Source: a virus
Taxonomy: Duplodnaviria > Caudoviricetes
Strand: one strand, 5' to 3'
Virus record (IMG/VR): IMGVR_UViG_3300027749_000121
Location: 1 to 60,609 of that record
Length of the DNA: 60,609 nucleotides
Made by a program: the position numbers and the translations under genes. Shown piece after piece: positions 22,906 to 32,868 of the stretch. Each line of letters opens with the position of its first letter. The stretch's first letter is position 1. Below the pieces are notes generated by a model. That model was not told the DNA's origin, did no database searches, and saw only the letters and a program-made list of their open reading frames with translations.

Positions 22906-24887
22906 CCAAACCGTTTGACAAAATAATAACCATCGACTTCGAAACCTACTGGGACACCAAGGAAGGTTACACACTGAGCAAGATGACAACTGAGGAGTAC
23001 ATACGCCATGATAAATTTAGAGCGTTCGGAGCTTGCGTCCATGTATACGGAAGCGATGAACCAATTAGATGGTTTGGAGATGCAGAGCTACGTGAGTACC
23101 TTGATGGGGTCGACTGGGGACGAACCGCAGTGCTTGCCCATAACGCACAGTTCGATGTATCCATTATGGAGTGGGTCTACGCTGTACATCCAGCCTTCAT
23201 CTTCGACACGTTATCAATGGCGCGAGCTCTCAGAGGCGTTGAGGTTGGCAACAGTCTCGCCAAACTTGCAATCGATTTTGATCTTCCCGCCAAAGGGACA
23301 GCCGTACACAGCACCAATGGTGTGGCCGAGTTGGACGAGGTCTTGGAATCTGAGCTTGCAGACTATTGCAAACACGACGTATATCTATGCGAACGAATCT
23401 TTGAGCGCTTGGTCAATGGATACCCGTCCAAGGAACTTCGGCTCATAGATATGACGCTGAAGATGTACACCCGTGCGTGCCTTGAGCTTGACCCCAACAT
23501 GCTGACTGACGCCATACTAGATGAAAAGGAAAAACGTGAAGCACTATTACAGAAGCTCGGCGTGGACGAAACTGCACTTGCGTCGAACCCACAGTTTGCA
23601 GCACTACTTGAAACCCTCAGTGTGGCTCCCCCAAAGAAAGTCAGTAAAACTACCGGGAAAGAAACACTTGCATTGGCTAAGAATGATGCCCTCTTTCAGG
23701 CGTTGCTCAACGGTGAACGTGAGGACGTTGCCCTTCTTTGTGAAGCGCGTCTTAGGGTTAAGTCGACCACTGAGCGTACCCGTGCTCAGCGGTTCCTCGA
23801 CATTAGTAAACGTGGCGCCTTACCAGTACCTCTCTCCTACTACGGTGCGCAGACTGGCCGGTGGACAGCAAGCAAGGGTTCGGCCATCAACATGCAGAAC
23901 CTCAAGCGAGGCTCGTTCCTACGCAAAGCGATTATGGCTCCCGCTGGTCATCAATTGGTCGTGGGGGACTTATCACAGATTGAACCGCGAGTGCTCGCGT
24001 GGCTTTCGGATTACACAGACATGCTCGACATCTTCCGCTCAGGTGGTGACCCTTACGCCGCTTTCGGCGCTCAGATGTTCAACATCCCAAATCTCACCAA
24101 AGAAACTCACCCAGATCTTCGACAGTCTGCGAAGTCTGCGCTCCTTGGGTGCGGGTACGGCCTCGGTTGGGCAGCGTTTGCATCGCAACTTCTCACAGGG
24201 TTCCTCGGGGCACCGCCTCAGCGTTACGACCTTGCTTTCGCAAAGAAGTTGGGCGTTACGCAACAAGCCGCGGAGAAGTTCCTAGACTGGGAAGTCAACG
24301 TCGAGAAGCTCAACGCTATCCCGCACACCTGTACCACCAGAGAACTAGTCATCCACTGCCTAGCATCCAAGGCGATCATTGATAAGTACAGGGCTACAGC
24401 CACCCCCGTAGTTGAGTTTTGGGACTTGCAAACCCAGCTTATCAACGAGTCCCTTTACAAAGGGAAGGAGTACAAGCACAAGTGTTTGACGTACCGCAAG
24501 GGGGAGATCGTGCTACCTTCTGGCATGAAGCTGTTGTACCCTGACCTCAACATCAGGCGCTACACGGACGAGAAAACAAATAAAGAGCAGGTCGAGTGGA
24601 CATACGGCCAAGATCGTACTAAGATATATGCAGGCAAGATAACCAACAATGTCACGCAGGGCGTAGCGAGATGCGTAATGACAGATGGTATGGTGCGTAC
24701 TGCCAAGAGATACTTTGTAGCGGGAACAGTGCATGACGAGCAGATCGTCGTGGTTCCTGATGCAGAGGTGTCTGAGGCTAAGACTTGGGTCTTAGCGCAG
24801 ATGACTATGGAGCCGCCCTATATGCAGGGCATTCCATTGGACGCTGACGGTGGCGCGCACCGTAGGTATGGGTTAGCCAAGAGTTAA
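22902..24887 (+). CDS. polA: Family A DNA polymerase with 3'-5' exonuclease
   Basis: ExoI DFET, ExoII HNAQFD, ExoIII YCKHD; TGRW, motif A DLSQIEPR, motif B RQSAKSALLGCGYG, motif C VHDE. Confidence 0.95.
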   Translation: MTKPFDKIITIDFETYWDTKEGYTLSKMTTEEYIRHDKFRAFGACVHVYGSDEPIRWFGDAELREYLDGVDWGRTAVLAHNAQFDVSIMEWVYAVHPAFIFDTLSMARALRGVEVGNSLAKLAIDFDLPAKGTAVHSTNGVAELDEVLESELADYCKHDVYLCERIFERLVNGYPSKELRLIDMTLKMYTRACLELDPNMLTDAILDEKEKREALLQKLGVDETALASNPQFAALLETLSVAPPKKVSKTTGKETLALAKNDALFQALLNGEREDVALLCEARLRVKSTTERTRAQRFLDISKRGALPVPLSYYGAQTGRWTASKGSAINMQNLKRGSFLRKAIMAPAGHQLVVGDLSQIEPRVLAWLSDYTDMLDIFRSGGDPYAAFGAQMFNIPNLTKETHPDLRQSAKSALLGCGYGLGWAAFASQLLTGFLGAPPQRYDLAFAKKLGVTQQAAEKFLDWEVNVEKLNAIPHTCTTRELVIHCLASKAIIDKYRATATPVVEFWDLQTQLINESLYKGKEYKHKCLTYRKGEIVLPSGMKLLYPDLNIRRYTDEKTNKEQVEWTYGQDRTKIYAGKITNNVTQGVARCVMTDGMVRTAKRYFVAGTVHDEQIVVVPDAEVSEAKTWVLAQMTMEPPYMQGIPLDADGGAHRRYGLAKS

Positions 24888-24902
24888 CAAGGAGAAGCGG
24901 TA

Positions 24903-25208
24903 TTGAAATTACCAACAAAAATAAGAGTAGGTAGGCGGTGGTACTCAGTCGAAGTAGTTGAAGCCATGCTTGATAAGCGTGACATGGGGCGTGTTCATTA
25001 CGATGAGCAACGCATCCGACTAGGACGAACGAGTAACATCACAGGCAAGCCATTCAAGCCAGAGCAAATTACAGACACGTTCTGGCACGAGGTAGTACAC
25101 ACAATTCTTAAAGACATGGGCGAACACAGGCTCAACTCTAACGAAGTGTTTGTTACCAAGTTTGCTAACCGATTAACAGAAGCCATTAACACAGCGAAGT
25201 TCGAATGA
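24903..25208 (+). CDS. Small zincin-like (HExxH) protein
   Basis: FWHEVVH...NE. Confidence 0.7.
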   Translation: MKLPTKIRVGRRWYSVEVVEAMLDKRDMGRVHYDEQRIRLGRTSNITGKPFKPEQITDTFWHEVVHTILKDMGEHRLNSNEVFVTKFANRLTEAINTAKFE

Positions 25209-25870
25209 AAAAACCAGCATGGTCACACAGCAGCCTAAAAGATTTCGAGGGCTGCCAACGCAGGTATCACGAGGTCAAGGTCTTGAAGAAGTACCCCTTC
25301 CAAGAGACCGAAGCTACGCGTTACGGCAATCAGGTACACAAGGCTATCGAAGACTACATCAGGGACAAGACGCCAATACCACCTGAGTATGCGCAGTTCC
25401 TGCCTGTAGTGAACGCCATGCTGAGTAAATCAGGCCGAGTGCTTGCTGAGCATGAGATGGCGTTAACTGTAGACCTACAGCCTACGGGCTGGAAGTCTCC
25501 TGACGTTTGGGTTCGAGGCATAGCCGACATCCTGATCGTTAACGATGAGAACCTTACGGCGTGGGTGGGAGATTGGAAGACCGGCAACAACAAGTACCCC
25601 GACAGGGATCAGCTTGTGCTTATGTCGCTTATGGTCTTCGCACACTTCCCCCACATCCGCAAGGTTAACTCAGCGTTGCTGTTCATTGTCAAAGATGATA
25701 TGGTCAAGATGCAGATGACACGCGATCAATCTGAAGCCTTCTGGTGGAAGTATCGTGAGCGTACTGCGCGTCTTGAATCATGCTTTGAGACAGACGTATG
25801 GAACCCCAATCAAACCCCACTATGCGGATGGTGTCAGGTCACCGGATGCGAGTTCAATCCCAAACACTAA
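25205..25870 (+). CDS. PD-(D/E)XK (Cas4/RecB-like) exonuclease
   Basis: SHSS..C, G..VH, E, GIAD, DWKTG, QL; C-terminal CGWC..C. Confidence 0.9.
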   Translation: MKKPAWSHSSLKDFEGCQRRYHEVKVLKKYPFQETEATRYGNQVHKAIEDYIRDKTPIPPEYAQFLPVVNAMLSKSGRVLAEHEMALTVDLQPTGWKSPDVWVRGIADILIVNDENLTAWVGDWKTGNNKYPDRDQLVLMSLMVFAHFPHIRKVNSALLFIVKDDMVKMQMTRDQSEAFWWKYRERTARLESCFETDVWNPNQTPLCGWCQVTGCEFNPKH

Positions 25871-25878
25871 GGATTTTT

Positions 25879-26166
25879 ATGTCACTTTTACAAGAACAAA
25901 CTACTCACCCTTCATACCCAAGCATGTGCCATGTTTGCAGCAAACCTCTACGCGCCTGCGACAGCGCTATCGTGCACGATGGGCGGGTGCACACTAATGC
26001 AGATAATGGTACTGATTACGGATCAATCGGTCTGCACATAGAGTGCGCTACGATCTTGTCAATGCGCCTGATTGCAGACGTAATGAAGCACAAAGGTAGC
26101 GCGCACGAACCTCGTGTGGTGCGTAGCCTGCGCAACGCGTGTGAAGCAAAGCTAAAGGAGTTCTAA
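25879..26166 (+). CDS. Zinc-finger hypothetical protein (start revised)
   Basis: CHVC...HIEC; AAGGA RBS. Confidence 0.6.
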   Translation: MSLLQEQTTHPSYPSMCHVCSKPLRACDSAIVHDGRVHTNADNGTDYGSIGLHIECATILSMRLIADVMKHKGSAHEPRVVRSLRNACEAKLKEF

Positions 26167-26168
26167 CC

Positions 26169-26408
26169 ATGACACAGACCAATGGCAAGCGTGACTACAA
26201 ACACGCATACAAACTGCAAAAGAAAACAGGCGAGACAGCCGATCAGATTGAACGGCAGAAGGCTCGTAGAACCTACGATAAGAAAGGTGTTGATCGTGCA
26301 GGTAAAGACATTGACCACATCAAACCTCTGCGTGCAGGGGGCAAGTCAACAACAGGCAACACCCGCCTTCGTAGCAAGAGCGCCAATCAGAGCGACAACG
26401 GAAAATAA
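26169..26408 (+). CDS. Small HNH protein
   Basis: DIDHIKPL..GG...N.R....AN. Confidence 0.8.
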   Translation: MTQTNGKRDYKHAYKLQKKTGETADQIERQKARRTYDKKGVDRAGKDIDHIKPLRAGGKSTTGNTRLRSKSANQSDNGK

Positions 26409-26423
26409 TAGCTTGGAGAAGCA

Positions 26424-27983
26424 ATGGAAATCATCGAAGACAAAGCACTAGTCTTACGCACAAGGAACCCGAACAAGTACAAAGTCATACCCAAACACAA
26501 GATCGTCGAGCGCATGGATGGTGGCTACGACGTGGCTGTGTATTGGGGGCTTGACGAAGCGCGGGTCTTGCGTAACCTAGGTGTTAAAAATGTGCCATCG
26601 CCTATCACTAGGCGCTACGACTGGCCGGGGCGTTACAAGCCCATGGCGCATCAGATCGAGACGGCAGCGTTCCTCACGCTGTACAGGAGAGCCTTTGTGT
26701 TCTCTGAGCCGGGCACGGGCAAGACACTCTCAGCTTTGTGGGCGGCTGACTACCTGATGAAGCTTGGCAAGGTGCGCAGGGTTCTTGTCCTGTGCCCTCT
26801 GTCGATCATGCACAGCGCATGGATGGGCGACATCAACAACAGTGTGATACATCGCTCTGCCGTTATCGCGCACCATGCTCAGGCTAGTCGGCGCATCGAG
26901 ATGATCCAGCGTGACTACGAGATTGTGATTGCCAACTACGAGGGCTTGAACCTTATCGCTGATGAGGTGCGTAACGATGGCCGGTTTGATCTTGTGATTG
27001 TTGATGAGGCCAACGCATACAAGACGATCACCACACGCAGATGGAAAGCGCTCAACTCCATCCTGACTCCCAACACCTACCTGTGGATGATGACAGGAAC
27101 GCCGGCATCTCAGTCACCTGTAGATGCGTATGGCTTGGCTAAGCTAGTCAATCCAGAAGGTGTGCCCAAGTTCTTTACAGCATGGCGCGATCAGGTCATG
27201 AACAAGGTAACGATGTTCAAATGGGCGCCCAAGCTTGATGCCAAGGACAAGGTGTATGAAGCGCTACAGCCAGCAATACGCTTCACAAAAGAAGCGTGTT
27301 TAGATTTACCTCCAGTAATAACCATGACGCGAGAGGTAGCTTTAACACCGCAGCAGGCCAAGTACTACAACCTTTTGAAAGAGCGCATGCTTGTGCAGAC
27401 CGCAGGGGAAACCATAACGGCAGTCAATGCCGCCGCTGGCGTATCCAAGCTATTGCAGATTAGTTGTGGTGCGGCATACACAGACGACAAGGAAGTTGTG
27501 GAGTTTGATTCTGCGCCTAGGCTTGCGGTACTGGAGGAGATACTGGACGAGACAGATCGCAAGGTCATCATCTTCGCCTTGTTCCGTAGCACCATCGACA
27601 CCATCAGCACATACCTCACGAAGAAGGGTATTGTCAATGAGTGCATCCACGGAGACATAAGTCCCCCTAAGCGTGGGCAAACTATCAATCGTTTTCAGAC
27701 TGAGGCTAACCCTAGGGTGTTGGTCATGCAACCTGCGGCGTCTGCTCACGGCATCACGCTGACTGCCGCTGACACTGTGGTGTTCTATGGGCCACTCATG
27801 AGCGTAGAGCAGTACATCCAGTGTTGTGCCCGTGCTGACCGCAAGGGGCAGGACTCAGACAAAGTTACCGTGATTCACATTCAGGGTAGCGCGATTGAGA
27901 AGAAGATGTTTAATGCGTTGGCAGGGAAAGTTAGTGATAACTTACTACTGACCGACATGTTCGAAACTGAAATTAAATCTTGA
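26424..27983 (+). CDS. SNF2-family SF2 helicase
   Basis: PGTGKT, VDEA, MTGTP, HGITLT, QCCARADRKGQ. Confidence 0.92.
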   Translation: MEIIEDKALVLRTRNPNKYKVIPKHKIVERMDGGYDVAVYWGLDEARVLRNLGVKNVPSPITRRYDWPGRYKPMAHQIETAAFLTLYRRAFVFSEPGTGKTLSALWAADYLMKLGKVRRVLVLCPLSIMHSAWMGDINNSVIHRSAVIAHHAQASRRIEMIQRDYEIVIANYEGLNLIADEVRNDGRFDLVIVDEANAYKTITTRRWKALNSILTPNTYLWMMTGTPASQSPVDAYGLAKLVNPEGVPKFFTAWRDQVMNKVTMFKWAPKLDAKDKVYEALQPAIRFTKEACLDLPPVITMTREVALTPQQAKYYNLLKERMLVQTAGETITAVNAAAGVSKLLQISCGAAYTDDKEVVEFDSAPRLAVLEEILDETDRKVIIFALFRSTIDTISTYLTKKGIVNECIHGDISPPKRGQTINRFQTEANPRVLVMQPAASAHGITLTAADTVVFYGPLMSVEQYIQCCARADRKGQDSDKVTVIHIQGSAIEKKMFNALAGKVSDNLLLTDMFETEIKS

Positions 27984-27990
27984 AAGGGGC

Positions 27991-28033
27991 TTGCAACGCT
28001 AGAAATTACATGTAAACTGTCCAACCTTAGACA
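27991..28033 (+). promoter_or_regulatory. Promoter TTGCAA-N16-TAAACT with operator TGTCCAACCTTAGACA (28018-28033)
   Basis: Intergenic, seen in sequence. Confidence 0.55.
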
Positions 28034-28053
28034 AATAATTAACAGGAGAAGCA

Positions 28054-28455
28054 ATGGAAGAAGAAGCAGTACCGTTAGACAAGCTGGTAAAAATTTACCG
28101 CAAGCTACGTACACGTATGACCGAACTGACCCAAGCGTACGACACACAAGCTGAAGTACTCAAGGCGCAACAGGACGAGATCAAGAACGCGATCAAGGAA
28201 CAGATGAAGGCGATGGGCGTCACATCAGTTCGCACTACCGAGGGCACGGCAGTCATGTCCGTGAAGACTCGCTACTACACACAGGACTGGGACTCGTTCA
28301 AACAGTTTGTGATTGACAACCACGCCCTAGAGCTTTTTGAGAAGCGTATTGCGCAGTCCAACATGGCTCAGTTCTTGGAAGAAAACCCCGGGGTCGTACC
28401 GCCCGGTCTGAACTCAACATCTGAGTTCGACATCTCTGTACGCAAACCAACTTAA
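28054..28455 (+). CDS. Conserved replication-module coiled-coil protein
   Basis: SVRTTEGT, DWDSF, LFEKRI, PPGL. Confidence 0.8.
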   Translation: MEEEAVPLDKLVKIYRKLRTRMTELTQAYDTQAEVLKAQQDEIKNAIKEQMKAMGVTSVRTTEGTAVMSVKTRYYTQDWDSFKQFVIDNHALELFEKRIAQSNMAQFLEENPGVVPPGLNSTSEFDISVRKPT

Positions 28456-28467
28456 TCGGAAATCAAA

Positions 28468-29451
28468 ATGAGCAATATTGCAATGTTCAACCCCTCAAAC
28501 GTGCCAGCTTTCGCTAAGAACGCTGAGCTTTCCGCAACTACCTTGGCTTTGGCCGGTGGCGTTAACACCAGCAGTGGCATGAAGCGCGTCTCCATCAAGG
28601 GTGGCGTGTTTCGTCTGCTTGCAGGCGGCAAGGAAGTGGCATCCATCGAAGACCGCCACTTGGATGTGATCGTGGTTAAAGCTGCCCCCAAGGTCAGCCG
28701 TATTTTTTACGCAGGATCGTATGACAAAGACGCGGCTGCAGCCGCCCCTGACTGCACATCTGCTGATGGTGACAAGCCCGATGCAGGCGTACGTAACAAG
28801 CAAGCGTCAAGCTGCGCCGCTTGCCCACAGAACATCGCTGGGTCAGGCAATGGTCAAAGCCGTGCGTGCCGTTACCAACAGCGTTTGGCTGTGGTCTTGG
28901 CTAACAACCCTGAAGGCGACGTGTTGCAAGTGACTCTGCCTGCCACATCTATCTTTGGCAAGGAAGAAGGCGAGAAGCGCCCACTGCAAGCATACGCTCG
29001 CTACATGGCGGCTCAAACTCCACCAGTTAACTTGGACGCTATCGTGACGCGCATGAAGTTCGACACCAAGGCTGAGTCTCCCAAGCTGATCTTCGCCCCT
29101 GTGCGTTGGTTGACTGACTCAGAGTATCTGATTGCCCAAGAGCAAGCTCTGTCCAAGGATGCTGAGAAGGCTGTGTCTGTTACTCCTGCCGCCGCTGATG
29201 GCGTGGTAGCCCCTGCACCGTTGGCTATTGAAGGTAAGCGCCCTGCGGCTAAGACTCTTGGTGACTTGCTTGATGAAGACGAAGCCGAAGCTATGGCCGA
29301 AGTCAAAGCGGCTAAGCCCAAGAAAGCCAAGGCTGTTGAAGCCGAAGCTGAAGAAGAACCAGAAGTGCGTAAAACCGCACCCAAGGTTGAATCCGTTCCA
29401 GCTAAGAAGGGCAAGCTGGCCGACATCGTTGCTGATTGGGACGATGAGTAA
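28468..29451 (+). CDS. Putative ssDNA-binding/annealing protein
   Basis: RVSIKGGVF, CAACPQN..GS, C-terminal acidic WDDE tail. Confidence 0.7.
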   Translation: MSNIAMFNPSNVPAFAKNAELSATTLALAGGVNTSSGMKRVSIKGGVFRLLAGGKEVASIEDRHLDVIVVKAAPKVSRIFYAGSYDKDAAAAAPDCTSADGDKPDAGVRNKQASSCAACPQNIAGSGNGQSRACRYQQRLAVVLANNPEGDVLQVTLPATSIFGKEEGEKRPLQAYARYMAAQTPPVNLDAIVTRMKFDTKAESPKLIFAPVRWLTDSEYLIAQEQALSKDAEKAVSVTPAAADGVVAPAPLAIEGKRPAAKTLGDLLDEDEAEAMAEVKAAKPKKAKAVEAEAEEEPEVRKTAPKVESVPAKKGKLADIVADWDDE

Positions 29452-29458
29452 CTGAATC

Positions 29459-29514
29459 GGGGGGAACGCTGTGCAAAGGCTTTTTTAGCTTGCGGACGAG
29501 CAGTTAGTACCCCC
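29459..29514 (+). ncRNA. Candidate structured RNA with loop-E-like GAA/AGUA motif
   Basis: GGGGG/CCCCC closing stem, inner GCAA..GCU/AGC UUGC hairpin. Confidence 0.4.
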
Positions 29515-29524
29515 ACCTATATAC

Positions 29525-29818
29525 ATGGCCTACTCACAAAAAATCATTGACGAAGTAGCAAAGACACCCAAGTCTCTGGGCAACCAGCTTGGGCGTTGGG
29601 CGATACATCTTGACTTTCCGGTCACGAAGATTGCCTATGCGCTTGGCGTCTCTCGACAGACTGTTTACAACTGGTTTACAGGCACGGAAGTGTTTGTGGC
29701 CTATCGTAATCGCGTCGAATTCTTAACTCACATAATGAAGACCTCACGCACGGCAGATGAGGCATGGAGAAAAATATGCACGGAATACAACCTAGATCCC
29801 TCACCACGCAAGAACTGA
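29525..29818 (+). CDS. Cro/XRE-like HTH regulator
   Basis: VTKIAYALGVSRQTVYNWF. Confidence 0.85.
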   Translation: MAYSQKIIDEVAKTPKSLGNQLGRWAIHLDFPVTKIAYALGVSRQTVYNWFTGTEVFVAYRNRVEFLTHIMKTSRTADEAWRKICTEYNLDPSPRKN

Positions 29819-29958
29819 TTCGGTTTGCTGAAGACTTTGTACACAAGCCCGAAGGCTTGCCAAAGAACTGGCAAATGGAACTGCTCAGTCGAATTGCGGG
29901 TTACCCAATCATGGAGCGCCCAGTAAGCACAGACCCACGCCAACTCGACCTTTTCTAA
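29764..29958 (+). CDS. Hypothetical protein
   Basis: QPRSLTTQEL...DPRQLDLF (QLDLF clamp-binding-like); start may be 29776. Confidence 0.65.
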   Translation: MEKNMHGIQPRSLTTQELIRFAEDFVHKPEGLPKNWQMELLSRIAGYPIMERPVSTDPRQLDLF

Positions 29959-29973
29959 ACCGCAAGGAACTCA

Positions 29974-32868
29974 ATGACTCCGCTTGAGTTTTTAGCGGTC
30001 GTTCTGCCGCCGCCAGAATTTGGTCGGTATTGCGTAGCAGAACTTACAAAGAAGGAGCATGCCTTCGTGCATACTCTGGAAGAGACCACCGCGCCAATCA
30101 AACGTTGGCATGACAGCAAGTTCGACATTTACTTTGCCTTGGCTACATTCGGCGACGAGGACAATCGTCTGGCCGTAAACGCTAGGTACGTGAAGTCCCT
30201 GTTCATCGACATGGATGGCTACGTTTCAAAGAAAGATGCCGCGCTTGCACTTCACGCGTTCTTGGAGAATACAGGACTTCATGCTTTTGGTACGCCCTAT
30301 GTCGTAGCGTCTGGTGGTGGTTTGCACTGCTACTGGCCTTTGACCGAGGCTGTGCCTATCGACGCATGGAAACCTGTTGCTGAGAACTTCAAGCGCCTGT
30401 GCAAACAGGAAGGCTTAGCTATCGACATGACTGTGACGGCTGATGCCGCCCGAGTACTGCGTGTGCCTGACACCACCAACTTCAAGAAGAAATACGCGAC
30501 ACCGCGCCCCGTGCGCATACTGTCTGACGGTGACACCTTTGAGTTTGACATGCTTGCCGAGCACATCAGGAACAAGTTGGTGGGGTCTGTGTATGAGACG
30601 CAAGCTGCGCCCAAGCTAGACTTGGCTGGAACCCGTCCGTCTGGGGCTTCTGCTCCATCCGCGACCAGTGTCAAACTCTTTGAAAACAGCATCACCAAGT
30701 TCAAACCAATTTGGTTGGCTACGCAAAATTCAAGGGGGTGCGGCCAGCTTGCGCACTACGTTGAACACGCAACCGAAGAAGGCATGGAGCCGATCTGGCG
30801 CGGCTTGTTGTCATGGACTAAGGTCTGTGAGGACGGCAACAAGGCGGCGGTGTGGCTGAGCAAGATGCACCCATATGAGCCTGAGCGCATGAACCAAAAG
30901 CTTCAGAGTATCAAAGGCCCCTATCCCTGTATCAAGATGGATAGCGAGAACCCCGGCGTGTGCCCAACATGCGCGCATTGGGGCAAGATCACCAACCCAC
31001 TGATCCTAGGTCGTGAGTTGGCGGTTGAGGTCGAGGAGAAAGAAATCGAGGTGAAGCTTTCGAGTGACAGTCCCGTCACGGAGAAAGAAGTCATCAAGGT
31101 CATGCGCCCAACACCGCCACGCGGCTACTCCTATGGAGCCAACGGCGGCACGTTCATGGAGCGCACAGTAGAAGACGATGATGGCGCCAAGTCCAAGAAG
31201 CAGGTCATGTTGCTACCTTACGAACTGTTTGTTGTTGACATCCTCAACAGCAACGGGGATCACACAGTACACCTGATAGCGCTCAAGCCTGATGGTGCAG
31301 TGAACATAACCATGCCTCAAAGGGCGGTGGTTAGCAAAGACGAAACAGTAAAAGCTTTGGCTAGCCAAAACATTGTGGCGGCCTTCGGTCAAGGCAACGA
31401 TAAAAACCTATCTGAATATATAAGGGCATGTGTGGAAGAAGCTAGCACAAACAAACCAGCGATCAAGGTTCCCGACAGCTACGGATGGCAGGCCGACAAC
31501 ACGTACGTGTACGCGGGTCGTATCTTTAGCAAGGGCAAACCTCCAGTCAAAGTCCCGATGCCGGGGCTTGAGAACATCACAGTAAACACCGAACCCAAGG
31601 GAACCATAGAGGCTTGGCGCGACTTCATGAATATGTTGATCGCCAAGAAGATGTGGGGGCACATAGCCGTAATCCTTGCCGGTGCTGGCGCACCATTCAT
31701 GCGCTTTACAGGCATCTACGGGATGACATACCACTGCGCTAGTACCGAATCTGGTACGGGCAAGACGTTGGCTCTCGAAGCTGCCGCTTCAGTATGGGGA
31801 CACCCAACGCACTACCGCACAGGCAAGAGCACTTCTCCTGTCGCTATGCAGCAACGCCTAGGCTTGCTCAACAGCCATCCGCTTATCACGGATGAGATCA
31901 CCGCCAAGAACAGAGCCGCCCCCGAATGGTTGCCTGAGTTTCTCTTGGACATGACCGAGGGTAGGGGCAAGGAGCGTATGGAGTCTGGCTCCAACAAGGA
32001 ACGCTTGAACCTCTCTACATGGATGACTGCATGTTTGATGTCATCTAACACGCACGTTGTGGACTACCTAACTGGTGGACGCGACCACTCATCTGAAGGC
32101 GAGCTTCGCCGTCTGCTTGAGTTCACCTTCGAAGAAGAACTGTCATGGGCTCCCCATGAGATTGAGATCATCAAGTCTTTGCAACACAACTATGGCGTGG
32201 CTGGCTACAAGCAGGTCGAGTACATGGTGGAGCATGCTGATGAGTTCCCTACATCTGTGCGTGAGTCGGTTGCCGCCATGTACACAGAGTTCAACGCTAC
32301 CAACGATGAGCGCTTCTGGATGGCAGGCATCGGAACCGCAGTGCAGGCACGCAATGTTTTCAAAGCGGCTGGCATTGTGGAGATCCCCCTGCGCCCTGTC
32401 TTAAACGCTTTTAAGAAGGTAGTGCAGACCATGCGTGCCAGTATGAAGAACAGTGTCCGCACTGCTGAAGACATACTTAACGCGTACACCCGTGAGAGTT
32501 ATGGCAGCTTTGTCGTTGTGCGTCCTAGCACTGGCGGCTTGATGGCAGAACTCGGTAGCGGCCAAGTCATTGACCAGACCATCACACGCAACAAGATTCT
32601 TGGACGTGTGGAGCATGGCATCACTGCCGGTTATGTTGACTACTTCATTGAGGAACAACTGCTCAAATCGTATTGCGCTTCGACAAGTTTCGGTTACGCT
32701 TCATTCAAGCGCCAGCTTGAGGATCAATTCCCAATCGAGTACTTAAAGAAGAACATGACCGCCAAGACCAAGGGGCCACCAATGCGTGTTACTGTGATGC
32801 GTGTTAGACGTAAGATGGACGAAGTCGATGAAACTCTCCTTAATCCGGTTCCCTTGGGAGACGACTGA
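29974..32868 (+). CDS. Primase (RepB/AEP-like) fused to DUF927 and ATPase/helicase
   Basis: FIDMD, SGGGLHCYW, RVLRVPDT; ESGTGKT Walker A, ITDE Walker B. Confidence 0.88.
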   Translation: MTPLEFLAVVLPPPEFGRYCVAELTKKEHAFVHTLEETTAPIKRWHDSKFDIYFALATFGDEDNRLAVNARYVKSLFIDMDGYVSKKDAALALHAFLENTGLHAFGTPYVVASGGGLHCYWPLTEAVPIDAWKPVAENFKRLCKQEGLAIDMTVTADAARVLRVPDTTNFKKKYATPRPVRILSDGDTFEFDMLAEHIRNKLVGSVYETQAAPKLDLAGTRPSGASAPSATSVKLFENSITKFKPIWLATQNSRGCGQLAHYVEHATEEGMEPIWRGLLSWTKVCEDGNKAAVWLSKMHPYEPERMNQKLQSIKGPYPCIKMDSENPGVCPTCAHWGKITNPLILGRELAVEVEEKEIEVKLSSDSPVTEKEVIKVMRPTPPRGYSYGANGGTFMERTVEDDDGAKSKKQVMLLPYELFVVDILNSNGDHTVHLIALKPDGAVNITMPQRAVVSKDETVKALASQNIVAAFGQGNDKNLSEYIRACVEEASTNKPAIKVPDSYGWQADNTYVYAGRIFSKGKPPVKVPMPGLENITVNTEPKGTIEAWRDFMNMLIAKKMWGHIAVILAGAGAPFMRFTGIYGMTYHCASTESGTGKTLALEAAASVWGHPTHYRTGKSTSPVAMQQRLGLLNSHPLITDEITAKNRAAPEWLPEFLLDMTEGRGKERMESGSNKERLNLSTWMTACLMSSNTHVVDYLTGGRDHSSEGELRRLLEFTFEEELSWAPHEIEIIKSLQHNYGVAGYKQVEYMVEHADEFPTSVRESVAAMYTEFNATNDERFWMAGIGTAVQARNVFKAAGIVEIPLRPVLNAFKKVVQTMRASMKNSVRTAEDILNAYTRESYGSFVVVRPSTGGLMAELGSGQVIDQTITRNKILGRVEHGITAGYVDYFIEEQLLKSYCASTSFGYASFKRQLEDQFPIEYLKKNMTAKTKGPPMRVTVMRVRRKMDEVDETLLNPVPLGDD

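Noticed and set aside
23008-24285. Alternative-frame ORFs (146 and 254 aa) within polA
   Set aside because: The polymerase frame is intact; no evidence of frameshift, intron or intein
25205-25870. Cas4-like nuclease as a sign of a CRISPR system
   Set aside because: Stand-alone PD-(D/E)XK exonuclease in a normal replication module; no array
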